Assembly (NCBI GenBank): GCA_950097015.1
Contig: CATNEN010000001.1
Coordinates: 23,932,001 to 23,996,000, forward strand
Reading direction: 5' to 3'
Source: Macrostomum hystrix
Taxonomy: Eukaryota > Animalia > Platyhelminthes
Length of the DNA stretch: 64,000 bases
Shown here: positions 36,329-47,913 of the stretch, piece after piece
How the letters are laid out: each line of letters starts with the position of its first letter
How positions within the stretch are numbered: position 1 is the first letter of the stretch
Notes under the pieces: generated by a model
What the model saw: only the letters and a program-made list of their open reading frames with translations
The model's database searches: none
Told to the model about the DNA's origin: nothing
Program-made: the position numbers and the translations under genes

Positions 36329-37164
36329 CCTCTGCCCCTGCTGTTGGCATAGTTATGCGGTCCCTGCATGGGTCGGTACGGTGAGTTTCCAGGATATCTG
36401 GGCTGAAATTGCTGGCTCATCAGCGGTTGTGGCTGTGACTGTTGTTGTTCTTCCATCCGCTGTTTCAGCTCTTTAATAACCTGCTTTTGTCTCTCAATCT
36501 CGATTTGTTGTTCTCTCATGATGAGATCAAATTTATCAAGCTGGCGATCCTCCTCACTCTTAACAGCTCGGACACCGCTTGATTTGTGAGACATATGCCA
36601 AGCTGCTTCGATCCTGCGCAACATACGACGAGCTTCCTGGAGGTTGGCGGGCTGGGCAAATATCAGCTTTTCACGGGTGTCCGCTGGAATTCTGACTCCC
36701 TTGATAAATTGCTCCACTACCTCCTCTTCTCTCTGTTCACCATTCATGTTCGGGAAGGCTCGGGTTGCAAGTTCAATCAGGACGTCGGCAAACGCGTCGG
36801 TAGGTTCATTACGACCTTGCATCCGACCTCTGAACTCTTCCCTGAATTCGCTGGAGTTACCCAGTCTTCCAAATCTCTCAATTAAACTTTCCTTAAACTC
36901 GTCATAAGTGAGTTCTTCTGGTAGGTTCAGTCTTTGGACGGCGGCGAAAGCAGTTGATAGGTCTAGATTGGCCAGTAACTCTTGCTTTCGGTGGTCCTCA
37001 TCGATTCCTTCCGTGTCACACCTTTGATCGAAGGCTGTCAGCCAGATTCTTATGTCTTGGCTGGGTGTGAATTTTTGTATTTTTACATGTCTTAGTGGTC
37101 CTAATTCCAATCTGTTTCGAAGTTCTTCGGCTAGTAGACCGATGGCGTCGTTGATTCCAGCCAT
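36238..37164 (-). CDS. Gypsy Gag
   Basis: First ORF after the PBS, with capsid-like W...F...RMQGRNEPTDAFADVL...EQFIKG. Confidence 0.88.
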   Translation of the reverse strand: MAGINDAIGLLAEELRNRLELGPLRHVKIQKFTPSQDIRIWLTAFDQRCDTEGIDEDHRKQELLANLDLSTAFAAVQRLNLPEELTYDEFKESLIERFGRLGNSSEFREEFRGRMQGRNEPTDAFADVLIELATRAFPNMNGEQREEEVVEQFIKGVRIPADTREKLIFAQPANLQEARRMLRRIEAAWHMSHKSSGVRAVKSEEDRQLDKFDLIMREQQIEIERQKQVIKELKQRMEEQQQSQPQPLMSQQFQPRYPGNSPYRPMQGPHNYANSRGRGCGQPGPMRAGHRYSVSRPPQSHRNPASGN

Positions 37165-38628
37165 TTTGACTTGTCACCAGTCTGATCGTGCGTTTTACCG
37201 GATTTCAATCCTTTACCGCTGTCACCAAGTTGTAGCAGCCGTTCTCGCTGTGCGGTTTTATTTATCCTAGTTTCTAATATTTGTCTATTAGTATCACGTG
37301 AATGACGTGTTACTATGGTAGCTAAATGTGCCCGAGCGGTAAGGCACTCCCTAAAATTCTATTTCCAGTCTTCCGGGGCTTTACGCGGTGGATTGAAGTT
37401 GCCTGGTAGTCACGATCAGTACTGACCATACACTATGTATGATCTCACTATATTTATCTGTCCAGGATAACACACCCTAAACAGTAAGGCAATACGTCCT
37501 AATTTTATCAACTATACGTCGATATATCCCAACTAATAAGACAATACGTCCTAATTTTATCAACTATACGTCGATATATCCCAACTAATAAGACAATACG
37601 TCTTATTTAGATCAACAATACGTTGATATACCCTAACTAATAAGACAATACGCCTTATTTAGATCAATACGTTTACTCCCTGTTAATAGTATAGAACTAA
37701 TACAGCTCGATACTATTATACAGCGTAACGTTGACCAGAACTAACACAGTTCTAATCTTAAATAATCAACACGAAGTTATTTAATTTTAGAGAAAACTAG
37801 TTAATATGGCTTTCTAGTTTGATCGCCAAAGCCGAGAGTATATTTTGAGGACATAAAAATCACTCCTATTTATATGAAATATTTGAGGTGGCGGAAAAAG
37901 ATAAAACAAATGTTGTAATTAATTTCTTTTTAAAGGAAAATACTATTTACCATATGAAAAATAAAAGCGCCTAGTATAATAATAGAATATATTTTGTAAT
38001 ATAATTCGTTAACAAATTTATTTACATCAAACAGGTTTAAAACAACACTAATAAAATTCTATCTATCTCATTGCCTATTAGGCGACTGTCGTGTATGTTC
38101 GATGTAGCCTAAGAGTCGTCAACACGGCTGGTTTTATGCATGTATGCTAATTAAACTTTTGATGAAACTTACATTCTAGAGCTAACTACTGTGTACTATA
38201 TCTACATGTATAGCCAGGATTAGCTCTTTTTAGTTCACACATGGTCTCTAATAATATGATGTATTAAAGTACAGTTTAACTTGATTTAACTTCCTTATTT
38301 CAAATGTAAAAATGTGCAGTTTTTTAATTCTATTTAATATTTTTTGTTACAACTCAAGTTACTTAATTAAAAGCCACCAAAGCAAGTACAAGCCTTAACA
38401 TAGACCCCTAGTCCTCCTCAATCTTCTTATCTATTCACAATATAGACTTAGTAAGTAAGTTTAGTAAGTAGGTCAATGTTGAATTTTAGTGTTTGGTATA
38501 AATACTTGTATATTTTAAGTATCTAATGGCTTGCTAGGTCTGAATAATTTTTTCAAGCTTTGGAGTTCCTACAAATAAACCAAGCAACCACAGTATTAAA
38601 TCCTACATTAAAATTTTCTTCCCAATAG

Positions 38629-41600
38629 TTGCAGACACTTGCGCAAGGAGTCACCAATGGTGACTTTCATCAGGTACACCAACTGGCCACCAATCCTAGG
38701 GTGACATCAGCTGATGCACAGGCAATACTCATGCTGGTGGCAAACACTCCCCAGATTTCTGAGAAAGCTGAGAAATGTATATTGTACTTGTTTAATCTGG
38801 GTGCAAATCCTTCTGCTCTTGACAGTACGGGTGACACGGCCGCTCATGTAGCAGCCAGACAGGACAATCTGAGAGTGCTGGCGCTGCTGCCATTCAATGC
38901 TAAGTGGCTCCAGAATGACCGGGGTGTAACCCCTCTGATGGAGGCGGCTCAGAATGGCAGCTGGAAATGTGCTAAGCACCTGCTGCATCTCCTGAGAGAG
39001 CCAAGATACAATCAAAAGAACAATGACATGCGACTTAAGCTGCTAAAGCTAAATGACATTGAGGAAAGAAGTGCCTTAGAAATTGCACAGCAGGCTGGCT
39101 ACCCTGATTTGGCTAACGATATCGAGCTGTGAGTGATGTGCTTGGTAATTTTTTGTTTATTGTGCATCAAGTGCAGTTAAAGCCTGGCCTATTTCTTTGC
39201 TGCTGTTGCACAGCACTTCTGTATATTGCTTCTGAATTTGGCTTCACTAGCAGCTCATGTCCGATTTGCTCAATAATTCCCATTCGGAGAGAAATTGTTG
39301 CTTTGGAGTTAAAGCTTACATTTGTTAGTAATTTGTCGTTTCTTTCAAGTCATTGTAAATAAATTGCAGAGAGTTGCGGCTGGTTGTAGATAAAAGCGGC
39401 AAAATCACGGGGCTGACTAGCTCGGTGAGTCGCACTCTGACTTACAATGTAAGCTGCTCAGCTAGTTTAAGTTCCTGAAGTTTCTGCTTTCGCTTAGGAG
39501 ACTACGCTTCGGACTAAGCTCATGAAACTGGCCTTGGCGGGAGACACAGCTGGGCTGCGACAATCTGTGACGCGTCGCAATTGCGACTTACCTGACTCCA
39601 AGGGCCACACGGCGTTGATGTGGGCTGCAGCTACCAGCAAGTGTGACGACGAAGATTTGTGGCGGCTGCTGCTGCAGTTTTCTGATGCCACTTGTGCGGA
39701 TGTGAAGGGCAAGAGCTGTTTGCACAAAGCTGCTTCCGGTGTCAATTGTGTAGCGGCTTCCTTCTTGCTGAAGGCTGGAGCCTCCGCCAATGCCAGAGAT
39801 AATACGGGTAACTACACGCCCCTCATGGAGGCGGCCAAAGAGGCAGCTGCTGATTCAAATGCGGTTGAAGTCGTCAGGGTTCTTTTGGACGCAGGGTCGG
39901 ATTGGAGCCTAAAAGCATGGGAAAAGACGGCGTTGGATTGGGCTGCGGCTCAAGAAAGAAAGGAACTGGTTCATCTTCTGACTGGGTAGGTTGTCCTGAC
40001 GATGAAACTTTTCTTACGTTTAAATCTATAGACAGACACTCCTGGTCTGTTGTAACACGTTGAAACTTTCCTACTTTATTTCTCAAAGTAAAAAATCTTA
40101 ATTTACTAAACAGTTTAATTTGTCTGACTTATATTAAAAGTTCGACAGTTTGACAGCGGAAGGCACTGTTGTCGATGTCTTCAACTTCAATCGAAATTTT
40201 TTAAAATAATTTTTTTTCCAGATTTAAGGATAAAAGCTTCTTCGACCCGAGCATCGATCTCGTGTAAGTCTAAAAGATTGTGATTTCTGGCAGGTTTCGT
40301 TGAATGAAATGCAGCGTTCTGATATTTTGCCGAATTCGTTAGTTCGTCTTAATTAATTCTTAAGTTCTTATTGGTCCTAGAAAAATTTATACAGCCTTCA
40401 TTTTATTCCAGAAAATCTAGCTCTACCGACATGGCTTATCAAACATCGCTCGCCCTGCGATCTCCAGAGGCAACGCAGCAACGCTCTGCTGAAACCCTCG
40501 CCGCAAGTATTAGGTGCCTAACTGTTTTTAAAGTTATCAAGTATATGGCAATAATAAACACAGTAATTGATTGTTTAAATTCAATTTCACCCTAACTGAC
40601 GCGCTAGCGCCCAGAAATTGGATTCCATGCCACAAGATGCGGACTTCTACAATGTGACCGTGCCACAGGGACTCTGTCTGATCATCAATATGAACAATTA
40701 CACAGCTCATAGCGGTAACAGTGAGCGCACCGGTTCTCAGCGGGATGTTGAGCGCTTATGTCGTCTGTTTTTAAAGCTTCGCTTCACTGTTGAGCTGCGA
40801 GAGGACCTCACAGTGGATCAGTTAAACGTCTGGCTGGATGAGGTTAAGGGCTCCGAGACCCTCACTCGACACGGAAGTTTCCTGTGCTTCTTCATGGCCC
40901 ATGGCGATCTTAACTTTATCTTCGATATTAATGGCCGGCGTTGCGAAATTCAGACGTTGATCGCGAAATTTGAGGTGAGAATCAGAATCGTGCTTTTAGG
41001 ACAAATATTAGCTATAGGACTGATTGACAGACAATGAATTCAAGAAACGTAAAAAACATCTTACACCTTTAAAGATCTTAGAAGCGATAAAACCAACATT
41101 AAAAAATCCGGTTTAGAGTACAAGTTCCTAATGGCAACGCATGCATCTTTGCTGCTTATAGTAACGTATGACTCAGTGTTTAAAGCCCATAGCCAAAAGC
41201 AACAGGCCTATTTGTGTAGCCAAGGGAAACAGCAGGTGATTCCAATCAGTTAATTCATCCGATCCAAAAGCACCTTAAAAATTTCAGTCAGGCAGCTGTC
41301 CGAAGCTCGCTGGCAAGCCAAAAGTTTTCTTCATCCAGTCCTGTCGTGGCAGCAGCCAAGATGAGGTTGTGACTGATGCTCCGTCTAGTGTTACAGTCTC
41401 GCGACAAGCGAATGAGCGACAGCATCCGGCCAAAGCAGACTTCTTACTCTGCTACGCCACGACTGAAGGATATTTTTCTTATAGAAAACCCGACGCGGGC
41501 ACGGTCTACGTACAGACTCTGTGCGAGTACATAGAGGAAAATTATAAACAGGAGGACTTGGTGCACATCATGACTCGGGTTAACCGCCACATGACGCAGA

Positions 41601-41710
41601 ATCCGGTACAGCGCGATGGACGCAAGTATCATTGCGTAGCACAAAAGGTCGATCAGTTGACATCAAAGATCTCTCTTGATCCTAACCGATCCTGTAATTC
41701 GGTGTTGTGA
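38629..41710 (+). CDS. Ankyrin-repeat-caspase fusion (exons 38629-39128, 39370-39424, 39498-39985, 40222-40263, 40412-40513, 40608-40974, 41288-41710; first exon not located)
   Basis: ANK motifs GDTAAHVAA, GVTPLMEAA, GHTALMWAA, GKSCLHKAA, YTPLMEAA and KTALDWAA. Caspase p20 GLCLIIN..ERTGSQRDVERL..FMAHGD, then KPKVFFIQSCRG and p10 ADFLLCYAT..SYRKPDAGTVYV. All six GT-AG junctions are phase-compatible (2,0,2,2,2,0). Confidence 0.82.
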
Positions 41711-42610
41711 GGCGGCAATTGGACATAAGCTTGTTTACCCAATACATTTTTATTTTGCTAGTAATCAAATACAGACGTGAACTTAATCCACAGAAACTCT
41801 TCCTAAACTTGTGCGGAACAACACTAATTTACTATCATCGGTGAATACGGTGCTTCCAAAAACACGCATGCTTAAAAATTCGCAAGTATACAAAATGTTA
41901 GTCATTGTGACATGACTTAAATTAAGTTAGCGTGCTGTTTAATATTCTGAGCCCATTATAGTTCAATTTCCTGAGCTATAGACGAATTATATTCAAGTCA
42001 AACCAGACTATGAAAGTGATAGTAGTATACAAGTATATCAAGTAGAATGAATTGTTTACAATTATTTAAAGAAATGCAGAATTAGTACTAAAACATATTT
42101 TTTGCTTTAGTCTTCCTTAACGCAAGTCGTCCTTGCATAAGGCCATGCAGCCCTGCGTTAAATGCGTTGTTAAAATACGTTGTTTTTTAATCCTTATTGT
42201 ACCCATTTGGCATACATAGCGTTTTAGCCTAGTTTTGCTGCAGTGTAAAAGAGCCTTAACGTGTTAATTAGGTGCGTTGACTCGAGTGAGTATCCCGCGT
42301 GACAAACGCCCGTAATAATGTTTTAACCATTTTCAGTGCCTTGTAATTGTAATTGTCTTAACGAGCGCCTTATATAAAATTTCAACTATTGACTGGCAAT
42401 TATTAATTTAATCGTTAATAAATGTAGCATTGCCAATAATTTACCTCAGACGAGGTAAATAGCGTTATTGCCATAATTTATTGATAATAACTATGCGAGG
42501 CTGGTTTTATTTCATTTATTTTTATGTTGAAAAATTATGTTGAATTTTAGGTAGTATAAAGATACTTTCAGTACACCAATAGCAATATAGCTGTAGAAAA
42601 CTGTCGCTCA

Positions 42611-42974
42611 GGGGTCGGTGGCAGAGCGGTTAACGCGTTTGCCTCTCGCACCACGGTTCCTAAGTTCGATTCCACGGCGAGGCCAAATTTATTTGGGGCG
42701 CAGCCGCGGGGAGAAGGCTTGGGGGCTTGTCGTGCAATTTACGCCATTGAGGGCCAACCTCCAAGGCACAGTGAGAGTGAGAGTGACGATGAGAAAGTCA
42801 GGGCAGATGTACACACTTGTGTGAGCGTGTGCCTGCGTACAGTATCTGTGTGCGCGTGTGCTCAGGAGTCAGCGAAACGGGCAGAATTGCCTCCTCGCTG
42901 GCTGCGGGTCTAGTGTCACCAAATGATGTGCCATTGCCAGCAATTAATTCATAGTTTAATTAAAATGATTAATT
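42611..42974 (+). mobile_element. tRNA-derived SINE with TSD AACTGTCGCTCA(G)
   Basis: A box TGGCAGAGCGG, B box GTTCGATTCC, AT-rich tail and 12-13 bp direct repeats at ~42599 and ~42975. Confidence 0.8.
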
Positions 42975-43495
42975 AACTGTCGCTCAGAATGAAGCTAGCA
43001 ACAGTTAGTATATTAAATGACAAACATATGACAAACTTAAAAAATCAAAAGTAAGATTCATTGGACTCTGGACTCTTTGTCCAGAGTCATTTTTAAACCA
43101 ATGTCTACTCTACCATAATCACTTACTCGTTCTGTATATCGAAAAAACCATTAACAAATTGAAACACTACGAATTTCAGTGCTATATATTGTTAAGGTAG
43201 AAAAATGATAAAAAATCGATAAAAGTGAGCACCATTTAATTATAATAAAAACGTCACTATCTCGGATAGAGAAGTAATTCGCTTGGTATATAATGCAGTC
43301 GATAGAGAAAAAATCAAGGATAATAATAAAGACAGCTGCTCTTTTAACTCTGGAGTAAAGTAAATAAGTTCTATTGGCAAAGCTGTAACAGTAAGGCACC
43401 CGTTAGTAAATCCTGTTTCTACTCGATCAGTCGATTCTGCTAACTGAACAAACTGAACTCATTTCCGACTGTGGCAATCCAATAGTCCGCTGCTG

Positions 43496-46237
43496 TCAGA
43501 GCTGTTGCTGGTGATGCTGCAGGAACTGCTGTAGCTGGTACTGTGGAAGCTGCGGCATATCGTTGATGCTTGCGATTTCGCACATAAACTGCTGCAGTTC
43601 TATTTCTGACATCTGCTGCCCCGGTAATGAGTCTAAGCCGCATGAGAAGATGAAAAAGTTGGATAATAGGTTTTTAAATAAGAATTGATAAAAATTATCA
43701 TACTAATTCACGCCTATCGTAATCCATAGAAAACTAACCAAGGTTAAACAGAAGCTGCTGCTGCTGTAGCTGTTGGGGCTGAATCTCGGTTCGCTGCGAT
43801 GGCGTTGGCGGCGGCGGCGGCGGCGGCGGCGTCGTCTGCTGTGGCTGCAACCCCAGAAAACTGGGCAGGTGGCCAAAGCATTGTGGGCAGATGAGACGGT
43901 GAAAGAACACGTCCACCAAGTGCTCGTTCGCGCCGGTGCCAGCCTCGGAGATGTGCAGCTGCAGCTGGACTCTGTCGGCCTCGGTGACGGTGAGGTCCGG
44001 GCGAAGGCGGAGCACGAGCTGTAGCAGGTTGTGCACCTGCGGTAGTAGCAACGATTTGATTTGATCTCATTTGATGATTTACAAGAGTAGAATCGTCTGC
44101 TAGACTTCCGCTTCCGGTCGAGTCTTCGGTGGTTTGGTGGCAATTTAAAGGGCCCAGCGTCTGCATCTTGCACTAAAGTCCCATCCGCGGCAAGTCCCAT
44201 GTGCTCGAATCCGCGGCAAGGTCGCATTCGGAGAGAAGGCTTGTGGGTTTGTTGTGCAATTTACGTCCATGAGGGCCAAAGGCCCAGAAATATAGCGTAC
44301 ACTGCCTGAATGTAATAAACTCGGGACAGATGTACACCACTGTGCGTCTGTGGTGTCAGCGGAATGGGCAGAATTGCCTCCTCGCTGGCTGCGGGTCTAC
44401 TGTCACTAAATGATGTGGAAGTGCCCAAGGCCATATTTATATTGCTGACGGAAATCATGAGGTACATGCAGTTTGGAGCTCACATGTTCCAACGGAGTGT
44501 ACTGAACGTCGCCAACTGGATCAGTATGATGCTTACTAGTAAGCATCATGTCAAAGGCGCCAGAGCCTATAAAAAGTATAATATACAAACGTTTTTGATA
44601 AATGATCCCAAATACTTTTCACTTCTTCGACTTGAGTAGCATGACGCTGATTTTGGCACAAATGGCCGACACTCACGAGCTAATCCTTCGATGTGAAGCC
44701 AGGCCTTCTGCTCCGGCACGAGTGGCAGCAGGTCGGGCATCACCAGAGGCTTTGGTGCTATGCGCGGTCCGACCCTGGGCGCTCCTGAGTAGTATCAACA
44801 AGTGATTGCACAGAATTATTATCAACGGTAGGAATGCCAAGCTATTTTTATGACCAAAAACGCAGCTACGCCACGTCGCCCAGGGTTGACACGGTTGTAG
44901 TGCAATTGGTTGAAGGTCAAGATGTTGAATCTAAGATTATTAATTTCTTATTAAAAAAGCTCTTCCTTCGTTATCGTTAATCCTGTGTCAATCAAATGGT
45001 TTACTTTTACTTTCTTTTCCTATTTTCTGCTGCGATCTCGCACAGAACCGCACAAAACTAAGCACAAAAGCAAAAAAACTTAGAAACTTATTAGGGTTGT
45101 TAAACGATTTTGCAACACACTTATAATAAAGCCCCACTCACTGGTGATCAAATCGCTGACAATTCTGATATTATGACCAGATTGCTCATGGTGGAAGACA
45201 AAAGCCAGGTACACTTTATCCATCAGCGAGGCGTAGCGCGTGTACACCTCGTGCGCACGCTGGGTGTGCTCTAAGGGACGACATGAGGAGAAAAGTATTT
45301 GCAGCTCAAAATTTGGTGAAAATATGCTTGTCATTCCTGCAGAAACTGTTTAGTTTGTACTCGTAAGATAAAGGAAATGTTTTACTGATACTTATGAAAG
45401 TTCTGGAGCGGTGAAACCTGAGAAGACAAGCGGCAACTCACGGTGATGGAAGGGAATGACTCCAGAGCGTAGACGGACATCGATGGCCTCTTTAAGGGCT
45501 TCCTCGCTTCGTTTGACACAGAAGATGGCCTTGTCGCGAAGCCTGGTCGAGTTTTTCAGCATTATGCTTTTTTATTTTGCGTGTTTTATATTTACTGATG
45601 GAGTTGAAATCCTAAATATTAAGAACTCCAGTTTCAACGATTAAAACAACGAAATCACGTTTCGGTTTTAAGGACTTTTTTAATATCTATATTTATCTCG
45701 AAGATAAATTTAACTGTCAAACAAGTTCAGATCAGGAAGGAGTCCCGTAATAGACGAATAATAAATATAGTCTCAGAGAAAGAAGTAAGAACTCGATAAT
45801 GCTCATTTAAAGCTGTGGCATCGACTCTATCACTCCCTAAATTTGTCCCATTCCTGTCAAAATTGGTAGTGGGGGTAAAAGTATTTATCATTGAGTTAAT
45901 GAGCTTACTCAACCCACAAGCCGACCTGTCCGTTGTCCAGATCGGCACTGGGCAACTCAAGGCGGGTGCTGAACACTCCGTTAGTGCAGCCGGTGCCAAC
46001 CAAATAGTAGGGATGAATGAGGCCCTCGGAGCTCACTGTGGACACTGTCACTGTGACCGGACTTTTCACATAGGGAATGGATTCCCGATCGGCGGATAGG
46101 CAGGCCGTGACAAACCTGGAGCGGTTCCAGGGCTGCCGACTGTACAGAATGGAGCGAGCCCTTTCAGTGACGAAGCGGAATCTGTACTCTTGCACGGGCT
46201 GGTCAATGATGGAGGCTGTCAGACGGTGTTGGGCCAT
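43496..46237 (-). CDS. Rel/NF-kB-like gene 1 (most divergent RHD; Pro/Gln-rich C-terminus); exons include 46237-45909, 45542-45442, 45270-45142; later exons less certain
   Basis: IIDQPVQEYRFRFVTE (variant of the RxxRxRYxCE loop), IHPYYLVGTGCTNGVF, LKEAIDVRLRSGVIPF and MDKVYLAFVF...IVSDLI; tail PPPPPPPP...QQLQQQQ. Confidence 0.65.
44230..44420 (+). mobile_element. Partial copy of the same SINE in a Rel-1 intron
   Basis: Shares GAGAAGGCTTG...GCAATTTACG..GAGGGCCAA and GGGCAGAATTGCCTCCTCGCTGGCTGCGGGTCTA with 42710-42930. Confidence 0.75.
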
Positions 46238-46914
46238 TGTCTTGGTGGGTCGCTGCGCTGCAAATATCACATGGTTACTTTGGAGATGGTTTGACTGACA
46301 ACCAGAGCTTCTCATACGTCACTGGTACTATCGCGAAAGCAGGTTTCTGCTATAACGGATGGCTTTGCTACAATAGGAATACAGGATAGATCTCAATTTA
46401 ATAGTTCTGCAGTTCCCTAATCAATACTTGTAGTTAAAGCCTGTAGGAAACTAATAGAAATGACGCTTGATTAACCCAGTAAGACCTGATGCACAGTGAT
46501 AAAAAGCTGCGTACAGCTGTCTAATCAATGGACTAGGGGCCACCACAGCCACCCACTTATAAACTCTTATAAATCACAAAGAAGTTCTCATTTTCTAAGA
46601 AATGACCTTCAGCATTAAAGAAAAACACAGAAATTGTATAAGACAGATAAAAAAGGCTTCATTGGCACTAAATTTTTTATTCACACTGGCAAAAACAACG
46701 GGTAAAAACAGAAGCCATCACAGCTATGGTCACACATCGTAGCTCGATGGTGAAAACTGGATATGTGGTAAAACAAAAGGCAAAATAGTGGGCAGATAAA
46801 AATATTTGTTTGTTGTTTATTTGTTCTAATGGAGATTAAAAAGATATATACAGAATCAGAGTCACTCAAGAAGTCACATTTAAAGAGGTTTATTATAATA
46901 TGTCCGGTGGTATT

Positions 46915-47478
46915 GGTAGGGTGAGCGTGTGAGAGCTTGGGGTGGTGGGTATGTCGGGTGTTGGTAGAATAAGGTGTAAAATATTGGGGTGGTGGGTCAG
47001 GCCGGTGTTGGTAGAATAAAGAGTAAAAGTTTGGGGTGGTGGGTCTGGCGGGTGTTGTTAGAATAAGGAGTAAAAGTTGGGGTGGTGGGTATGTCGGGTG
47101 TTGGTAGAATAAGGTGTAAAATATTGGGGTGGTGGGTCAGGCCGGTGTTGGTAGAATAAGGAGTAAAAGTTTGGGGTGGTGGGTCTGGCGGGTGTTGTTA
47201 GAATAAGGAGTAAAAGTTGGGGTGGTGGGTATGGCGGGTGTTGGTAGAATAAGGAGTAAAAGTTTGGGGTGGTGGGTCTGGCGGGTGTTGTTAGAATAAG
47301 GAGTAAAAGTTTGGGGTGGTGGGTCTGGCGGGTGTTGTTAGAATAAGGAGTAAAAGTTGGGGTGGTGGGTATGGCGGGTGTTGGTAGAATGAGCGTGTGA
47401 GAGCTTGGGGTGGTGGGTCTGGCGGGTGTTGGTAGGGTGAGCGTGTAAAAGTTTCGGGTGGTGGTTCTGGCGGGTATG
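46915..47478. repeat. ~42-43 bp G-rich minisatellite between Rel-2 and Rel-1
   Basis: Unit ggggtggtgggtctggcgggtgttgttagaataaggagtaaaagtt, about 13 copies. Confidence 0.92.
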
Positions 47479-47913
47479 TAGTCTCTGAAACTATTTCTGC
47501 AATTCAACGGATTGGCAGGTTCCCGAGCCGGTGATTAAGCAACTATTACTTAGCCTTAAATCCTATTTGCTGCACGGTCAGTTTGTCCAGGGCTATTCAT
47601 CTTGCGGCTGAGCTGGCACGTGATTAAACAGTTTAAAATAAAGGCTGCCTTGGGACATCGCCAGGATTTATCAACGAAAAATCTAAATAGAATTGCTTTA
47701 AAGGGCAGACAGCTTTTTAAAAAGTATTTCTAACCTATATAATATAACGCCACATCTAGCAGAGAAACGCGTTGATGAAAAGTTATGAAATCGATTAAGT
47801 GAATGATCGTTAAAATTTAAAGGATCATACAGTAAGCATGTCGAAGGCGTGTACACTCAGAGTAAAAAGAGAAGCTACAAAATAAGGATAATGTATTTTC
47901 CCTAGGTGCGGAC

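Larger units (their letters stand above)
27147..38070 (-). mobile_element. Gypsy LTR retrotransposon, full-length but frameshifted; 5' LTR 38070-37231, 3' LTR 30008-27147 (hAT-interrupted); TSD TTGC
   Basis: ~840-bp LTRs with internal ~47-bp tandem repeats, 4-bp TSD TTGC, PBS TGGTGACAGCGGT (tRNA-Leu-like) and PPT AAAGGGAAGCCAGT. Confidence 0.95.
26762..38130. mobile_element. Palindromic MITE/TIR element (~440 bp empty size) split by the second Gypsy element
   Basis: Left arm 26797-~26970 is mirrored by ~27003-27146 plus 38075-38103. Outer termini CACCCGTGTTGAC / GTCAACACGGCTG are flanked by GTTTTAT on both sides. Confidence 0.75.

Noticed and set aside
42611-42685. Possible tRNA gene
   Set aside because: No clean cloverleaf; followed by a repeated body, an AT-rich tail and a TSD, so it is a SINE head.
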